Of a DNA stretch of 64,000 nt, positions 1 through 13,564 are shown piece by piece (positions within the stretch are counted from its first letter, which is position 1; each line of letters opens with the position of its first letter). The notes beneath the pieces are model-generated. The model was given only the letters and a program-made list of their open reading frames with translations. It ran no database searches and was not told where the DNA came from. Made by a program: the position numbers and the translations under genes. The stretch spans positions 73,532,001-73,596,000 of the forward strand of contig OX597821.1 in assembly GCA_951406725.2 (NCBI GenBank), given 5' to 3'. The DNA is from Octopus vulgaris (lineage: Eukaryota).

Positions 1-292
1 CGTGTGTTTTTGACTGGCTAATATGTGTCATCCATGCTGCAATCTTTTATGTTAAATTTCTTCCAGAATCCGTAAGGTTAATTCTTTACTCCTCGTTTTT
101 TTTTCTGTCTGTTTGTTTGTTTATTGTAAAAGTTGCTATCATTGTCTGATCCATCCGCTGCAACAATGATATCTCATTTAGCGGTAAAGATACAACCATA
201 GCATTTTGACACCAGTCATCAACTGCAATCGGGTGGCCGAGAGCAATGTAGAAAATTCATAAAAATGAGCGAAATTTACAGGTGTCTGCTAC

Positions 293-337
293 TCTAGGCC
301 GATGAAGGACAACGATCCTGAAACACGTGTCCCTAGA
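293..337 (+). ncRNA. Type I minimal hammerhead ribozyme motif (U4C core variant), probably within a Penelope-like pLTR
   Basis: TCTAGG-CCGATGA-AGGA(caacga)TCCT-GAAA-CACGTG-TC-CCTAGA: 6-bp stem I, near-canonical core, 4-bp stem II, palindromic stem III, GUC cleavage triplet. Confidence 0.7.
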
Positions 338-1426
338 TGCAGTTTCGGCAGCCGGGGGTGTTTGTCTCCCCTTCGTATATGTATATAAGGACACAGGGAA
401 AAATGTGTCAAAGCCATCAGGAGGCGTTCGATGCTTCCTAGCGCTATACAGCGGTGGTGTACCCCCTACTGTCACGTTCTTGTTAGATTGACAGTATACA
501 ACCATTCTATCGCCCCACCACCGTACATGTCTCTACGAGAGATTTAGAAATTCAATATTTCTTATAGCCAAACTTGTTTTATGCTCAGAACAATTCTTCA
601 ACCAGTCTTTGAATAAAGGTTTTGTAGATGAAGCTTTTCTCTCAGTTTTTCAGTAAATTGGTAAAGAATGCTGGCTGAAGAATTTAAGAACAAAATTAAA
701 CATGAACCTAAGAAGCAATTTTTTTTTCTTCACCGCATAAATTTTATTAAGCATTCATTTCCTGCTTCATTTCTTATTCATAAACATAACTACCATCTTC
801 TATGACTATCTAATCGCGAATACTTTCTTATATGTTTCATTTGTTCCTCATAATGGATTATCAATTTCGTCACACACGTGCGCACACACTGTGTGTTTGT
901 ATCATACATTTAGTGCTTGTTACCCTGTCTGTCTCTTCCCTCCTCTTCCTCTTCAAGTAACTCCCAGTCGATCTCATACGTCACAAGCACATAAACCGCA
1001 TCTTAACAGAAGCGTTTGCCTCTCTCTGAGTTTCATTTCCTTCTTACATCCTCGGATGTTTCCTTCTCCTCATCTCATAGTCCTCCACGTGATTCTATTC
1101 CCCACATCTTTGAATGCTTTACCAATTGTTTTCTCTTGTATTAATACGCATCCTTCCACCTACAGAGTAATTCATAGCTCTCCTCTCACTTTTTCTCCAC
1201 TCCCACCTTCACCCGGCTTCCATTTATTTACCTTCACCTTCCCTTATCAAGTTTTTCTCCCCTATTTTTGTTTAAATATGCCGTCTCACGCTGCTTTGTT
1301 TTCTTTATCATTTGTCGCTTGTCGCTCTTTTATCAAAGACATTAATCTTGTCTGTCTTTTTTCTGTCATCATTAGTCTGAAGAAGGATTCTTTCTGCTCG
1401 TAACGTCGAAAATTCCTTCTATCACT

Positions 1427-1470
<44 letters not shown>

Positions 1471-1672
1471 TACATACATACATACACACACAAACTCAGA
1501 TATGCACACACACCTACACCCTTTGAAGAATGCAGCTGAGAAATCTGGCTAGATATGTAAGGTGATATCAATAAATAGAAATATACAGAAAAAATATTGT
1601 ATTAACTTGTTTAATGACTTCATAATATTTCGGAAAAGATGCACCTTATCAAATATAAAAAAGAAAATAACG

Positions 1673-1745
1673 TTAGAACCCATATCACAGCTGTCTATTT
1701 CTGGCGCGCCTTTGAATTTTCGGAATTCACACAACGAGGATTTAG
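1673..1745. repeat. 73-bp direct duplicate of 3094-3166 (unclassified repeat)
   Basis: TTAGAACCCATATCAC...GGCGCGCCTTTGAATT...CAACGAGGATTTAG occurs twice with about 3 mismatches. Confidence 0.85.
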
Positions 1746-1898
1746 ACACAGACACATACACACAGACACACACATATACCCACATATATACAAACACCTA
1801 CACCTGTAAGGATGTGTGTGTATGTTCATGTCTTCATGTTGTGAGTGTGTGTGTATACATATGTATACATACACACAAACACGCATACATATACCAAG

Positions 1899-2284
1899 AG
1901 ATAACGAACTGGCGGAAAGCAAGCGCACGCAAGGTGGACAGAACAAACGCTCCATGGACACACCCAAAGCTTCAATGAAGAGCTTTAAGATCAACACCGA
2001 CACCTGGGAAACGCAAGCATAAGACAGCCCTGCCTGGCAATACTGTACTCCTACGAACAGAACAGAATTGCAGGGACACGATCAAAACGCAAACCGCGCA
2101 AGTCCAGAACTAATTCCTTGCCTTTAATCCCTGCAGACTCTTCCTCCACCCCTAATACTCAATCTGCAGTAGAGCCTTCCGAGCGCGCATCAGACTGATC
2201 GGCCGCAGCTGGACACACATCGTACCCGGTCTTCTTCTCTCATCTGATGTTCTTGGTCATCGTTGACAACGACGGACAAACTAC
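1899..2284 (+). mobile_element. RTE/BovB-like LINE 3' fragment (decayed)
   Basis: Translates to NELAESKRTQGGQNKRSMDTPKASMKSFKINTDTWETQA*DSPAW, like the RTE motif GELxxGKRxxGGQxKRxKDxLK. A decayed C2H2-like segment (ICSRAFRARIRLIGRSWTH) and short 3' tail follow. Confidence 0.8.
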
Positions 2285-2606
2285 TCACACACATACACAC
2301 GATCTTCATACATACATATCAATATATATGTATGCGCACGCGCATACATATATGGAGGAGGAAAAGAGGAGCGAGAAAGGAAGAGAATTTGAAAGCGGTA
2401 AGTTTTGGAAATATTTTTAGCTCCAATATTATATTTATCCGTTCAGTCGCTGGCTTCATTCACTGAAGTTTTGCATTCTACATTTTCCTTTCGTTTTCAC
2501 AGCCACCACCTTTTCATCGTCGCCATCGTCTTCACATTACGCTCGGCAACACCAGCACCACCACTTCAGAGCATCGACACTTTCGCCCTGATTTTACTGA
2601 GAGAGA

Positions 2607-2676
<70 letters not shown>

Positions 2677-2864
2677 AAAGAGTGATGTCTTGTGTAAAGC
2701 TGTGTCTGACGTCAATGTTGATTAGCTAAAGCAGTCAAATGATTAGAGAGAAATTTATTTACCATCAGGCTGTGATCGGTCAATCCGTTGAAAAACAAGA
2801 CTTCGACGACAACCGATTCTTATTGTCGCCCAGGTAGTTCACAATAGTCTTTCGTTCTCTCACT

Positions 2865-2901
<37 letters not shown>

Positions 2902-3940
2902 CTTTTCTTTATTATCATCGTTTTTCTCTTTCTCTCTGCTGAATGCATCATAAAATGTTGTCCACTTGGCCGCCAGCCGCTTTACTTTGGCTCGAAAAAT
3001 GACCAGCAATGCGTAGCGTGCGTGCCGTGGCGAGACTCTGAAATCATTCCACCTCCACTTTTGACCAATGCCACTTAACACGACATCCATACATTAGAAC
3101 CCATATCACGGCTGTCTATTTCCGGCGCGCCTTTGAATTTCCGGAATTCACACAACGAGGATTTAGGACTTCCGCTTTTTCCCGTGGTAAAACTTTTCAT
3201 ATTATTTTCTTTTTCTTCATCTTTTCATTTCAGTTGTTTTCTTCTTCTCCTTCTTCTTTCTTCTTCTAAGTCACTACAGCTCATCTTCTTACGGTCATCG
3301 ATATCGGCTTAAGAAAAAAATATACAACTAAAAAAGAACCTATTATATGGCCGTCGAAGCAATATAAACTCTTAACTACCTATACTATTAGGTTTTCTCA
3401 AAATAAACTCTTCATTGTTGTTGCTGTTGTTGTTATTGTTTGTTTTCTCATCCGTCCCCCCTTCCCCTGAAACTACAGCGCAGTAATCTATATCAATTAG
3501 TGTACTAGCTATCCTATATGTTCGTTGTCGTCGTCGTTGTTATGGTGGTGGTGGCGCCAGTTGTGTTTGGTAGAATCAGTTAAGAGCTGGTCACAATTCT
3601 TTTGTGTTATTCAGTCGCGCCCTTTGTCATTGCAAGTTCAATTCCAGCCCGAGTCTACTTTGGATTTTATTTTTCAGGGTTCGTTCAAGTAAGTCCCACT
3701 CAAATTCTATGATCAAACGAATCCATCCCCAACCTTTTCTGTTAATATTAGAGACCAATTATTATTATGACTTGTGGAAGCGATGGAATAGCCAGAGTCG
3801 GATTGAATACCTTTTAGTATTAAGTTACGCCCCTTTCATTTCTTAGTTTCAAATTCCGTGAGATTGGTTTCCCTTTTCCGCCTTACATAATTCAATCGAC
3901 CAGACCCATTCCCCAAATATATATCGCTGTATGTTTTATG

Positions 3941-4013
<73 letters not shown>

Positions 4014-4090
4014 ACACACACATATATATATAGTTGGGCACTCCGTCGGTTATGACGACGAGGGTTCCAGTTGATGCGATCTACATACAT

Positions 4091-4136
<46 letters not shown>

Positions 4137-4261
4137 AGATATGTTTGGATATTGAAGTTGTAAATCCATTTTTTAGGTTTAATGGTATATATGCAATATT
4201 CCAATATCCTGAGTAAAGTCCAAAAGTCCAACAGAGTTTAAAATGGGTCCTTCCAAATAAA

Positions 4262-4296
<35 letters not shown>

Positions 4297-4298
<2 letters not shown>

Positions 4299-4625
4299 GA
4301 GTACTCCGTCGGTTACGACGACGAGGGTTCCAGTTGATCCGATCTACGGAGCAGCCTGCTCGTAAAATTAACGTGCAATCGGCTGAGCACTCCACAGACA
4401 TGCATATCCTTAACGTAGTTCTCGGGGAGATTCAGCGTGACACACATACAGAATGTGACAAGGTTGGCCCTTTAGAATTACCGGTACAATTCATTTTCGC
4501 CAGCTGATTGGACTGGAGCAATATGAAGTAAAGTGTCTTGCTCAAGGACACAACATGTCGCAGGGAATCGAACTCACGACCTTGCGATCGTGAATTGAAT
4601 ACCACTAAGTACTAATCTACGCCAC
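4297..4625 (-). mobile_element. tRNA-derived SINE family C (CORE-like central block); extra tail fragment at 4033-4084
   Basis: Minus-strand head with B box GAGTTCGATTCC followed by TGTGTCCTTGAGCAAGACACTTTA; homologous to 32597-32912 and 49074-49443. Confidence 0.85.
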
Positions 4626-4676
4626 ATACACATACACACATTCCCGCACATACACACAAACAAACACAAACACACA

Positions 4677-4786
<110 letters not shown>

Positions 4787-4793
4787 TAAGTGT

Positions 4794-5270
4794 CTTGTGA
4801 GTTACGCCCCTTTACGTTTTGAGACGTTCAAATTCCTCGAGGCAAGATTTCATGGCACTTAAGCGCCGTCCTGTATAAAAGCCTCCGATCAAAGATTGCA
4901 AGTCCGTTTTCTTGCAAAAGCTCGCTGTCATTAGATAGAGACGCCGGTAATGTGCAGGACATTGCTGGACATAATTCTATGGACATCTCAACATGGATAT
5001 ACATGGGTTGGTTGTGCAGCAAATACGGGATGTTACGCTGATGACCTCCTGAACCATATGCGAGATCATGGTGGATGGCGCAAATGAGGCGAACTAGATC
5101 GATTAGTTAATCTAGATAGGTTAATTAAATCTCTTAATTCGTTACTTTGTCTGATGATAGGCAAGGTTGCTTTAATGGCGTTCTTCTCGAAATTCTTGGA
5201 AAAATTCAGTGCTCTCCTGAACAATTTACATCCAGCATTGAACTTCACAAAAGAGATGAGCAATACAAAA
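4794..5270 (+). mobile_element. Penelope-like element fragment (RT thumb region)
   Basis: EKFSALLNNLHPALNFTKEMSN resembles the PLE RT motif FLxxLNxLHPxIKFTxExE; 5' boundary uncertain. Confidence 0.5.
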
Positions 5271-5277
5271 CATACAA

Positions 5278-5298
5278 TCTTTATATATAAAGCTGAAG

Positions 5299-5338
<40 letters not shown>

Positions 5339-5694
5339 CAGATTTAGCATCCTTCAACTAACACTATCTCCTCCGAGACCCTGCGGCGCAAGTTGACCAA
5401 AATTCAGAGTATGATAGAAGAAGGCTTGCTCTTCCTTTCGTAGGAGAAAAAAAAAATTCAAATTGGACCATGTTAAGACCAAAAATTATTTACATCAAAA
5501 GGGTACTTTTTTCTATGAAAATCCCTATTTTTTACGATTTTTTGACTGCTGTGTTGCCATTTTTCAGTGTATTTCAACCAGAAAAATGTTCACTTAAAGA
5601 GAATAACAAGCTACATAATTTTTACTTTTCAAAATTCCAATTCTAAAGGGTCGAAAAGAAAACAAATCCGAGCAACGCCGGGCTATACTGCTAG
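5278..5694 (+). mobile_element. Non-autonomous Helitron-type element
   Basis: A|TCTTTATATATAAAG 5' end, internal (GT)n, subterminal hairpin-like CCGAGCAACGCCGGG and CTAG|T 3' end, inserted at an A-T site. Confidence 0.8.
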
Positions 5695-6420
5695 TTTCAC
5701 AATATAATGGTAATTAAAAATAATAGCAACATCACAATGGATATATATTATACAAACACGTATACGTCAACACATCAGTATCTGAAATTCAAATCCTGCC
5801 ATTCCCCACATAGAAAATGGAATATCCCAGGAAAATTGGTACTATTGTCAATGGTGTTGAGACAAATGATTCTCAGAACTCAAGAGATTTCTGCTTAAAC
5901 AAAAATATCCACCTTTAATTTATAGAAAATGGTGTAGAGTATGCAAAACAAATACCCACAGAACAACTTAGAATAATTTAGAACAATCCAAGAAAGTGTG
6001 TGTATGTTTGTGTATGCGCGCGCAGGTGGCGGCGGGGCTGTGTGCATCATCAACATTACTCCATGGATGTGTGAACCATCTGAACAGTCGTCTAATGTTG
6101 ACGTTATATGAAATTTGTCAATTGTCAGTAACTGAACAGCGTTGAAACATTTTCTGAAATACATAATTTACAGTAGCTGGGTCCGCACAGTTCTACGAGG
6201 AAGACTTTCTCAAGTAAAATACCATGGCACTTTAGAAATGATCAGCTTTTTGGTAACTTATAGAACCGAGCTCAATTCTTTCAGTTTGAATCTCTAAATA
6301 CAATAAAACGAGGGTAAGATTATCACTCATTGCGGAAACCAGGAATAAACACCGATTCCACATGGAACCTTGTTATTCGAACAATTTCTAAACATAATTA
6401 AAATAATAGTTTTATAATTT

Positions 6421-6623
6421 AGACACAAGGACAGAAATCTTAAGGGTAAGGGAGTCTAGTGGGGACTATCGACACCATAAGATTGGTTATTCATTTCATC
6501 AACTCCTGAAGGATGGAAAGCAAAGTTGAGCTTGGTGGGATTTGAACTCAGATGTTAAAAAGCCGGAACCTAATTGTACAAAGCATTTTCCCGATGCTCT
6601 AACGATTCCATCAGTACGCCACC
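6421..6623 (-). mobile_element. SINE family A, degenerate
   Basis: GAAGGATGGAAAGCAAAGTTGA...ATTTGAACTCAGA matches the reverse complement of the family A core. Confidence 0.7.
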
Positions 6624-7645
6624 ATGATTGAGTCAAATAACAAAATACCACAAAGTGCAATATTCTTTAAATGACCAGTTTATTGAACTCACTTCGATCT
6701 AATAATCAAACAGATTATTCACAAAACGACGTTTGATTGATCGATCTGTGATTACAATGAACGGGTCATTAAAATCTGAGGAAAAGTACACCAGGCGGCT
6801 TTCTATTATTTTACTGAAAACTTCTACAAGGAGTTTCTATGAAATTCTAAAAAAAAGGAAATAAAATAGAATAGAAATAAAACAAAACACATACAAAAAA
6901 AATAAATACAATAGGTCTAAACTAGTGTTTGAAAATCTCCCCCCCGTCCCGCTCTCTCTCTCATGCAATGTCGTTCGTCGATGTTGTCTTTGACTTTTAT
7001 TTCATCAACCTGATTTAGGAGATTCTATAATGAAATAAGTTCCATATATGGCAATCCGGACTTTTTGTATATTCAGGAATTCATTATCCATCATGTCTTG
7101 TCATTCTAAAAACTTCACGGTGTGGTTTGCGAAGATTTGATTGTTATTTCTAGTGAATCGAGCGACCGCGTATAGATTCCTTTGTTGGCTCGTATCAAAG
7201 CTATTGTTCCAAGACCTACGATTCCTTTTCCTTTAACTGCCAAAGAGTGTTCATTCTTGACGCATCAAATATTACGTCTTTGTAGGAATATAACAACTCT
7301 ATAACGCTTAAATAGTCTCTAAGTAATATAAGAATCGGGAGGAGCGAGAAGGACAATATTAAACCGACGATGTCTATTGTGGTAGAAACATGTGTCCATA
7401 GAAGCTTCTTGCCTCTAAAACGAAAACTGGGCTGTCCTTTTTCCTAGTGTTAATTCAATGAAAATTATTCTAATTACTGGAACTCTATCTTCCTTTCTCT
7501 TTCAGAAATCTAACAATCCCTGCTATTTTTTGTTTACTTTCTCAGTCTGGAAGGAAAATTTGAAACATTCAGAATTTATTCGTGTACAGCATTCAGTACT
7601 TCCCATTGTCGTCTTTACCTACCCACGTACCTACCTACCCATCCG

Positions 7646-7646
<1 letters not shown>

Positions 7647-7738
<92 letters not shown>

Positions 7739-7961
7739 TCCTCTTCCCCTTTTTTCCTCTTTTTTCTTCTTTTTTCCTTTTTCTTTTCTTTTGTTTCTTT
7801 TTTTCTCCTTTTTTTTCTTTTTTCCCTTTCACGATCCCTTTTGATCGAAAACCTACGCCACTTTTTTTTGTTTCTCTTGTTTTTTTTTATCCCCCAAAAG
7901 AAAATCTCTACCTTGTAATTTGTCCCATCTGTGTGCAGCCCTGTGTGGCCAATAAAGAAAC

Positions 7962-8040
<79 letters not shown>

Positions 8041-8091
8041 CTTACCTATACCTACCTACCTACCTACCTACCTACCTACCTACCTACCTAC

Positions 8092-8148
<57 letters not shown>

Positions 8149-8205
8149 CATCCATCCATCCATCCATCCATCCATCCATCCATCCATCCATCCATCCATC
8201 CATCT
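7647..8205. repeat. Compound tetranucleotide microsatellites (ATCT)n/(ACCT)n/(ATCC)n with a T-rich spacer
   Basis: Direct reading. Confidence 0.95.
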
Positions 8206-8756
8206 AATTTGGATGTAAAATAATTCAGTAACAACTCCGCCTTTATTGTTCGCTTGCAATAATAATCCTGAAATATAATGAATCCTTAGAACTCGTTCAA
8301 GCATTTAAACTTGTCGTTTTCTTCCCGAAAGAGCGCAGTATTTGAAATACCAAGAATTACTTAACAATAGGTGTTATAGAGTTAAGTCCTGAAAGCTTTC
8401 GGACAACAACCTTTGACAAGTAAAATTACTTAGCTTAGTAAGTGAATATTTAATTCACAATAGAGAGAAATGACAATACCTGTAATCTTAGGCAAAAATT
8501 ATTCCGAAAATACAGAAAAACAGTTGGTTTTATCAGGTTATTTAAAAGACATATGGAACTTATTTAACAACAGGCATAAAGATAAGGTATTTGGAAATGC
8601 TTGGAAATACAGCAAGGTGGGGGGAGGGAGCAACACAACATAACGTAGAATGATCTTAGGCTTTATAAGAATCAATTCAAGAGAGAAAGGAAGAACTGGT
8701 TCAATGATGGGAATGGTGACCATTATTTTACGTGGGAAACCAAAGTTATTCGTTTA

Positions 8757-8967
8757 TTCTTTTACGTATTTCAGTCATTTGATTGGGACCAGGCTGGAGC
8801 AACGTCTTTAGTCGAACAAATCGACCCCACGACTTATTCTTTGCAAGCCTAGTACTTATTCTATCAATCTCTTTTGCCGAACCGCTAAGTTAGGGGACGT
8901 AAACACGCTAACACCGGTTGTTAAGCGATGGTAGGGGGACAAACAGACACACAAACACACAAACACA

Positions 8968-9010
<43 letters not shown>

Positions 9011-9173
9011 TGCGGGTTTCTTTCAGTTTCTGGCTACCAAATCCACTCACGAAGCTTTGATCGGCCTGAGACTATAGTAGAAGACACTTGCGCAAGGTGC
9101 CATGCAGTGGGACTGAACACGGAACCATGTTGTTGGGAAGCAAGCTTCTTACCAGACAGCCACGCCTGTGCCT
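8757..9173 (-). mobile_element. tRNA-derived SINE family B, full length
   Basis: Head GGCACAGGCGTGGCTGTCTGGTAAGAAGCTTGC...GTTCAGTCCCACTGC, CORE-like GGCACCTTG.GCAAGTGTCTTCTAC, internal microsatellite and conserved tail. Confidence 0.9.
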
Positions 9174-9309
9174 AAGCTGTTCATTTATTTTATACAAAAA
9201 TTAACTGAGATCGAATTGCGTCAGAGATCAGGTCGCAGAGGTGCGACGAAAATTTTACCATTTCAAGAAATGAACGAAAAGTGAATACCACAAGGTTTTC
9301 CTGTTTATT

Positions 9310-9725
9310 GGCGTTTAAAACGGTTGCATCGCAACTACAGGGTTTCGGGTTCAGTCCAACTATGTGGCCCCTTAAGCGTAAGTCCGTGTGTCTTCTACTA
9401 CAGGATCGGAGGAGTGAATGCCTTGTGAGTGGATTTGATTGACGCATACACACAGACAGACAGACAGACACACACACGCATAGACACACATATGCGTGTA
9501 TGCGTGCGTGTGTGAGTGCGTGTATATGTGTGTATGCGAGTTTGTGTGTGTGTGTGAGTTTGTGTTTTGTTTCTCATCAGTTGTCAACTACCGTCGAGTG
9601 TTTCGTTCATTAGAGATTCAGCAAAAAGAGAGCGATAGAATAAGTGCCTAACTTAGAATAAGCACTAAGGTCGTGCTCCAGCATGGCCGAAGTCCAACGA
9701 CTGAAACAAGCGAAAGGAATAAAAG
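9310..9725 (+). mobile_element. SINE family B, degenerate
   Basis: GGGTTCAGTCC...GCCTTGTGAGTGGATTTG...GTGCTCCAGCATGGCC. Confidence 0.8.
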
Positions 9726-9864
9726 AACTCCTGCACAATGTAAATTGTTTATGAATGAACGCGGAGGAATCCAATGTACGGAGGAATCGAAACTATTTGA
9801 GCGAAACAACTCTTTTGAGAGCTAACAGGATTTGGTAACTAAAAAGGGTCCGATGTAATAACTT

Positions 9865-9913
<49 letters not shown>

Positions 9914-10149
9914 TGGTGAAAGAAAAAGTGGAATGGTACAGTAAACCAGTGTCTTTTAACATAACTTCTCTGAAGAAGCTGAGAACGTTCTCTTTATTCC
10001 AAGTAACGATAGTCATACAGTCATTCGTTCACACACACATACATAATACATACATACATACATACATACATACATACATACATACATACATACATACATA
10101 CATACTTACATACATACATACATACATGCATGCATACATACGCAGAGAT

Positions 10150-10530
10150 GGGTCAAAATAATATTGGTGGAATTTAAAAATTGAAACAGTCACCAAATAA
10201 AAACACAATGAGACAGATATTGTTGCGTGGGACCTCGAAAAAATGCTCAGTTGTGGTAATCAGTTGTCCCTTGGACATCAATGTGGTCAGATAAGTAGAA
10301 GAGAAAGAGGAGATCTGCGGACCTTTGATAAGGGATTTGCAAGCCCAGTGTCCAAGATACACTTTCAGTTTCACACATTAGAGTAACAGGAAAAATACTA
10401 ACCAGTCTGGAGCAAAATATGGCTGAATTTGGGGTCTTGGGGAGAGAATGAAAATCCTTAATTCATACACTACAAATGATCATGATATCTAGGATAACAA
10501 AAATCTGCAAAACCTCCTTAAGATTTTAAG
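10150..10530 (+). mobile_element. R4/Dong-like non-LTR retrotransposon RLE endonuclease fragment
   Basis: YWWNLKIETVTK*KHNETDIVAWD...SVVVISCPLDINV...ITKICKTSLRF*, parallel to the 35.3-35.7 kb relic. Confidence 0.6.
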
Positions 10531-11170
10531 GATGAGGAACAAAACAAGATGCTTTCCTTCAAAACTTTTCTACCAAGAAGGTGATCGGTCAAAATTGAAA
10601 AGAGAAAAATAAAACGTACATGCAGAACAATATACACTGCCATCCGCGGAAAAGACTGCCCTTGGATGAATATAGATAACATCCTGTTATGGTATACATT
10701 CGTATCAGCACAAGGAATATTGGTGGGACATTGCCATCAAGATTAAACATAAAATACAGATATTTGCGACAGAAAAAAATGTCATATACAACCATAAAGA
10801 TACGTTGCCTTGTGAACGTCTCTTCCAAAATAAGTCAGAAGGAGAATATCTACAGACAGCGGTTTCGAAACCCGAAACGCCTCTCCGTTCATTCTAAATC
10901 TACATTTACATCTATTGGTACACTTGGTTACGGTAGTAGAAGTCTAAGCTACAACCTGGAAAAGATAGGAATATCAAGCAAAGAAAAATACCGGCTGACG
11001 CGAACTTTTACAGTAGAACAATAAAAGTGAGCAAGACTTGGAGTTCGTTATATAAAAAACTGATAGTTTTTGTTACCCGAATTGCAACGATGAATTTCGT
11101 TTCTTTGTTAGAAAGCAATTCACTCGTTCTAGATTTAAAAAATGCGAATTGTTAGAAAGAAACAAACACA

Positions 11171-11900
11171 CGGGTTCAATTCCACTGCGTGGCACCTTGG
11201 GTATATATCTTCCACTTTAGCCAGGTGCCCCTTGGGGGTGGATTTGGTAAACGGAAACTCAAAGAAGCCCGTCGTATGCACACACATACATGCCTACACA
11301 CACACACACATACATATATGTTTGTATATGTGTCCTTGTGTTTTTGTCCCTACCACCACCTGACAACCGGTGTTGGTGTGTTTACGTCTCTGTAACTTAG
11401 CGGTAGCAGGCTTAAAAATGTACAGGGGTCGATTCGTTCGACTAAAGTTCTTTGAGGAGGTGCTCCAGCATGGCCACATTCTAATGACTGGAACAAGATA
11501 AAAAATAAAAGATAGGTGCAGAGTGGCTGTATGGTAAGAAGGCTGCTTCCCAACAACATGCTTCTGAGTTCAGTCCCACTGCGTGGCACCTTGGGCAAGT
11601 GTCTTCTACTATAGCCACGGGCCAGCCAAAGCCTTGTGAGTGGATTTGGTAGTCGGAAAATGAAAGAAGCCAGATGTGTGTGTATGTGTGTATGTATGTA
11701 TTTGCGTGTTAGTGTTTGTCACCCCACCATTGCTTGACAACCAATGTTAGAGTGTTTACGTCCCCGTAAGCTAGCGGTTCGGTAAAAGAGACCGATAGAA
11801 TAAATACTAGACTTACAAAGAATAAATCCTGGGGTTGATTTGTTCGACTAAAAGACGGTGTTCCAGCATGGCCGCAGTCAAATGACTGAAACAAAAATAA
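11171..11900 (+). mobile_element. Two adjacent SINE family B copies (11171-11510 5'-truncated; 11514-11900 full length)
   Basis: Both carry the CORE-like block and end in GGTG.TCCAGCATGGCC...TGACTG.AACAA. Confidence 0.9.
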
Positions 11901-12049
11901 CAAAAAAAAAAAGAAAAGATACACACACACACATTTATACACACGTATATCGACACGTGTACGCATATGTCTACACTTATATAAACACACATTACCTTTA
12001 TTCTTAGCTGATCGACTACTATTCTACTTGTTGCAGCCTTACTGCATAA

Positions 12050-12106
<57 letters not shown>

Positions 12107-12283
12107 AGAAACGGCAACCAGCCGAGAGGAATACCTCAGAGTGGTGAGTGGCATGTATGTAAACAATAAACGCGAATAAGGGTATATTAGATAGCATACA
12201 AGATACATTCTTGGGTTATTGAGATTATCTCTGTTTCCAGAGAAGGAATGACAACCACTGAGTAGAAATTGGTACTGACTTCC

Positions 12284-12515
12284 CATATGTAAAGTCTGTG
12301 TATTACATACATACGTATCAGTAATTCATAGAATAGAAAAAGAACAGTTTCTTACGTCCGTTTCTGCCAATATACCCTGCATGTTATTTCCATCTCTTCC
12401 GTAATAACATGTAGGGTATTGTGACCTCTTGGCAGAAACGGACGTAAGAAACTGTTCTCTTTCTATTCTATGACTTACTGATACGTATGTATGTAATACA
12501 CAGACTTCACATATG
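12284..12515. repeat. Long near-perfect inverted repeat (foldback)
   Basis: Arm 12284-12388 pairs with 12403-12515 across a 14-nt loop, with about 4 mismatches and one ~8-nt bulge. Confidence 0.95.
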
Positions 12516-12769
12516 TATTTATTCTCATAAATATTTCAGAATAAATAATTAGACATGATATAATGTGTAACAGTTGATGCATACTATTTCTGTATCCCCT
12601 CCATTTTCTTCTTCCCATATAAATTAAGGGTAAACCTCTTTTTACCCTTGCCTATTTATTACGCTCATTAGTGAAATTACGACGCAATAACCAGCACTTG
12701 GGTATTAATAATTGGGTACAGTACCAGCAGTATTTTGCATAGGTTGTATACTATTTCTGTATCTCATCC

Positions 12770-12934
12770 ATTTTCTTCCTGCCGTCCACTACACATTCTT
12801 TATTTTCTCTCCTAGTTTCTTTGTGTGTTCCTTTCTGAAAAGCGTAGGCTCGAAACTCCAGAGCGTTATACTAATACATCTGTTTGATGTCTACACCATT
12901 TGTCTTCGTCTTTTGTTTCTTTTTGAATTCTCAC

Positions 12935-12935
<1 letters not shown>
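12770..12935 (+). mobile_element. Penelope-like pLTR fragment with decayed hammerhead motif
   Basis: Homologous to the minus-strand copy at 59330-59484 (CCACTACACATTCTTTATTTTCTCTCC...AGCGTAGGCTCGAAAC); abuts (TA)n. Confidence 0.6.
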
Positions 12936-13017
<82 letters not shown>

Positions 13018-13151
13018 GTTAAATAAACATATATACACCACGCTCACACACGACCTGCCTTTATTGAATCGGGAGCTTAACACCAGTCCTTCCATGACAC
13101 TTACATAGCCTTACCTGCCTTTTGGGTCTTCTGGATACCAAAACATCTCTC

Positions 13152-13199
<48 letters not shown>

Positions 13200-13475
13200 A
13201 GAAGGGATTAATAAATACTGGCAGAAATCTAGAAAGCACTCAGTATTCAGCGAATTTGGTTAACTACATCAAACAATCCGATATCAGTGAATTCAAATTG
13301 AATTAACATCGATGGTAATTCCTCGTGTATAAGTAAATCCAAATTTCGCTTTGAAGAATTTCAAGAAATCAGGAGTATAAGACAGGAACAAGAATGGAGA
13401 AAACCAAATCTTTAATTGATGATTATGCTATACATTACCGATGACCGATTCTATTGTACCATGTGTGTATGTATA

Positions 13476-13564
<89 letters not shown>

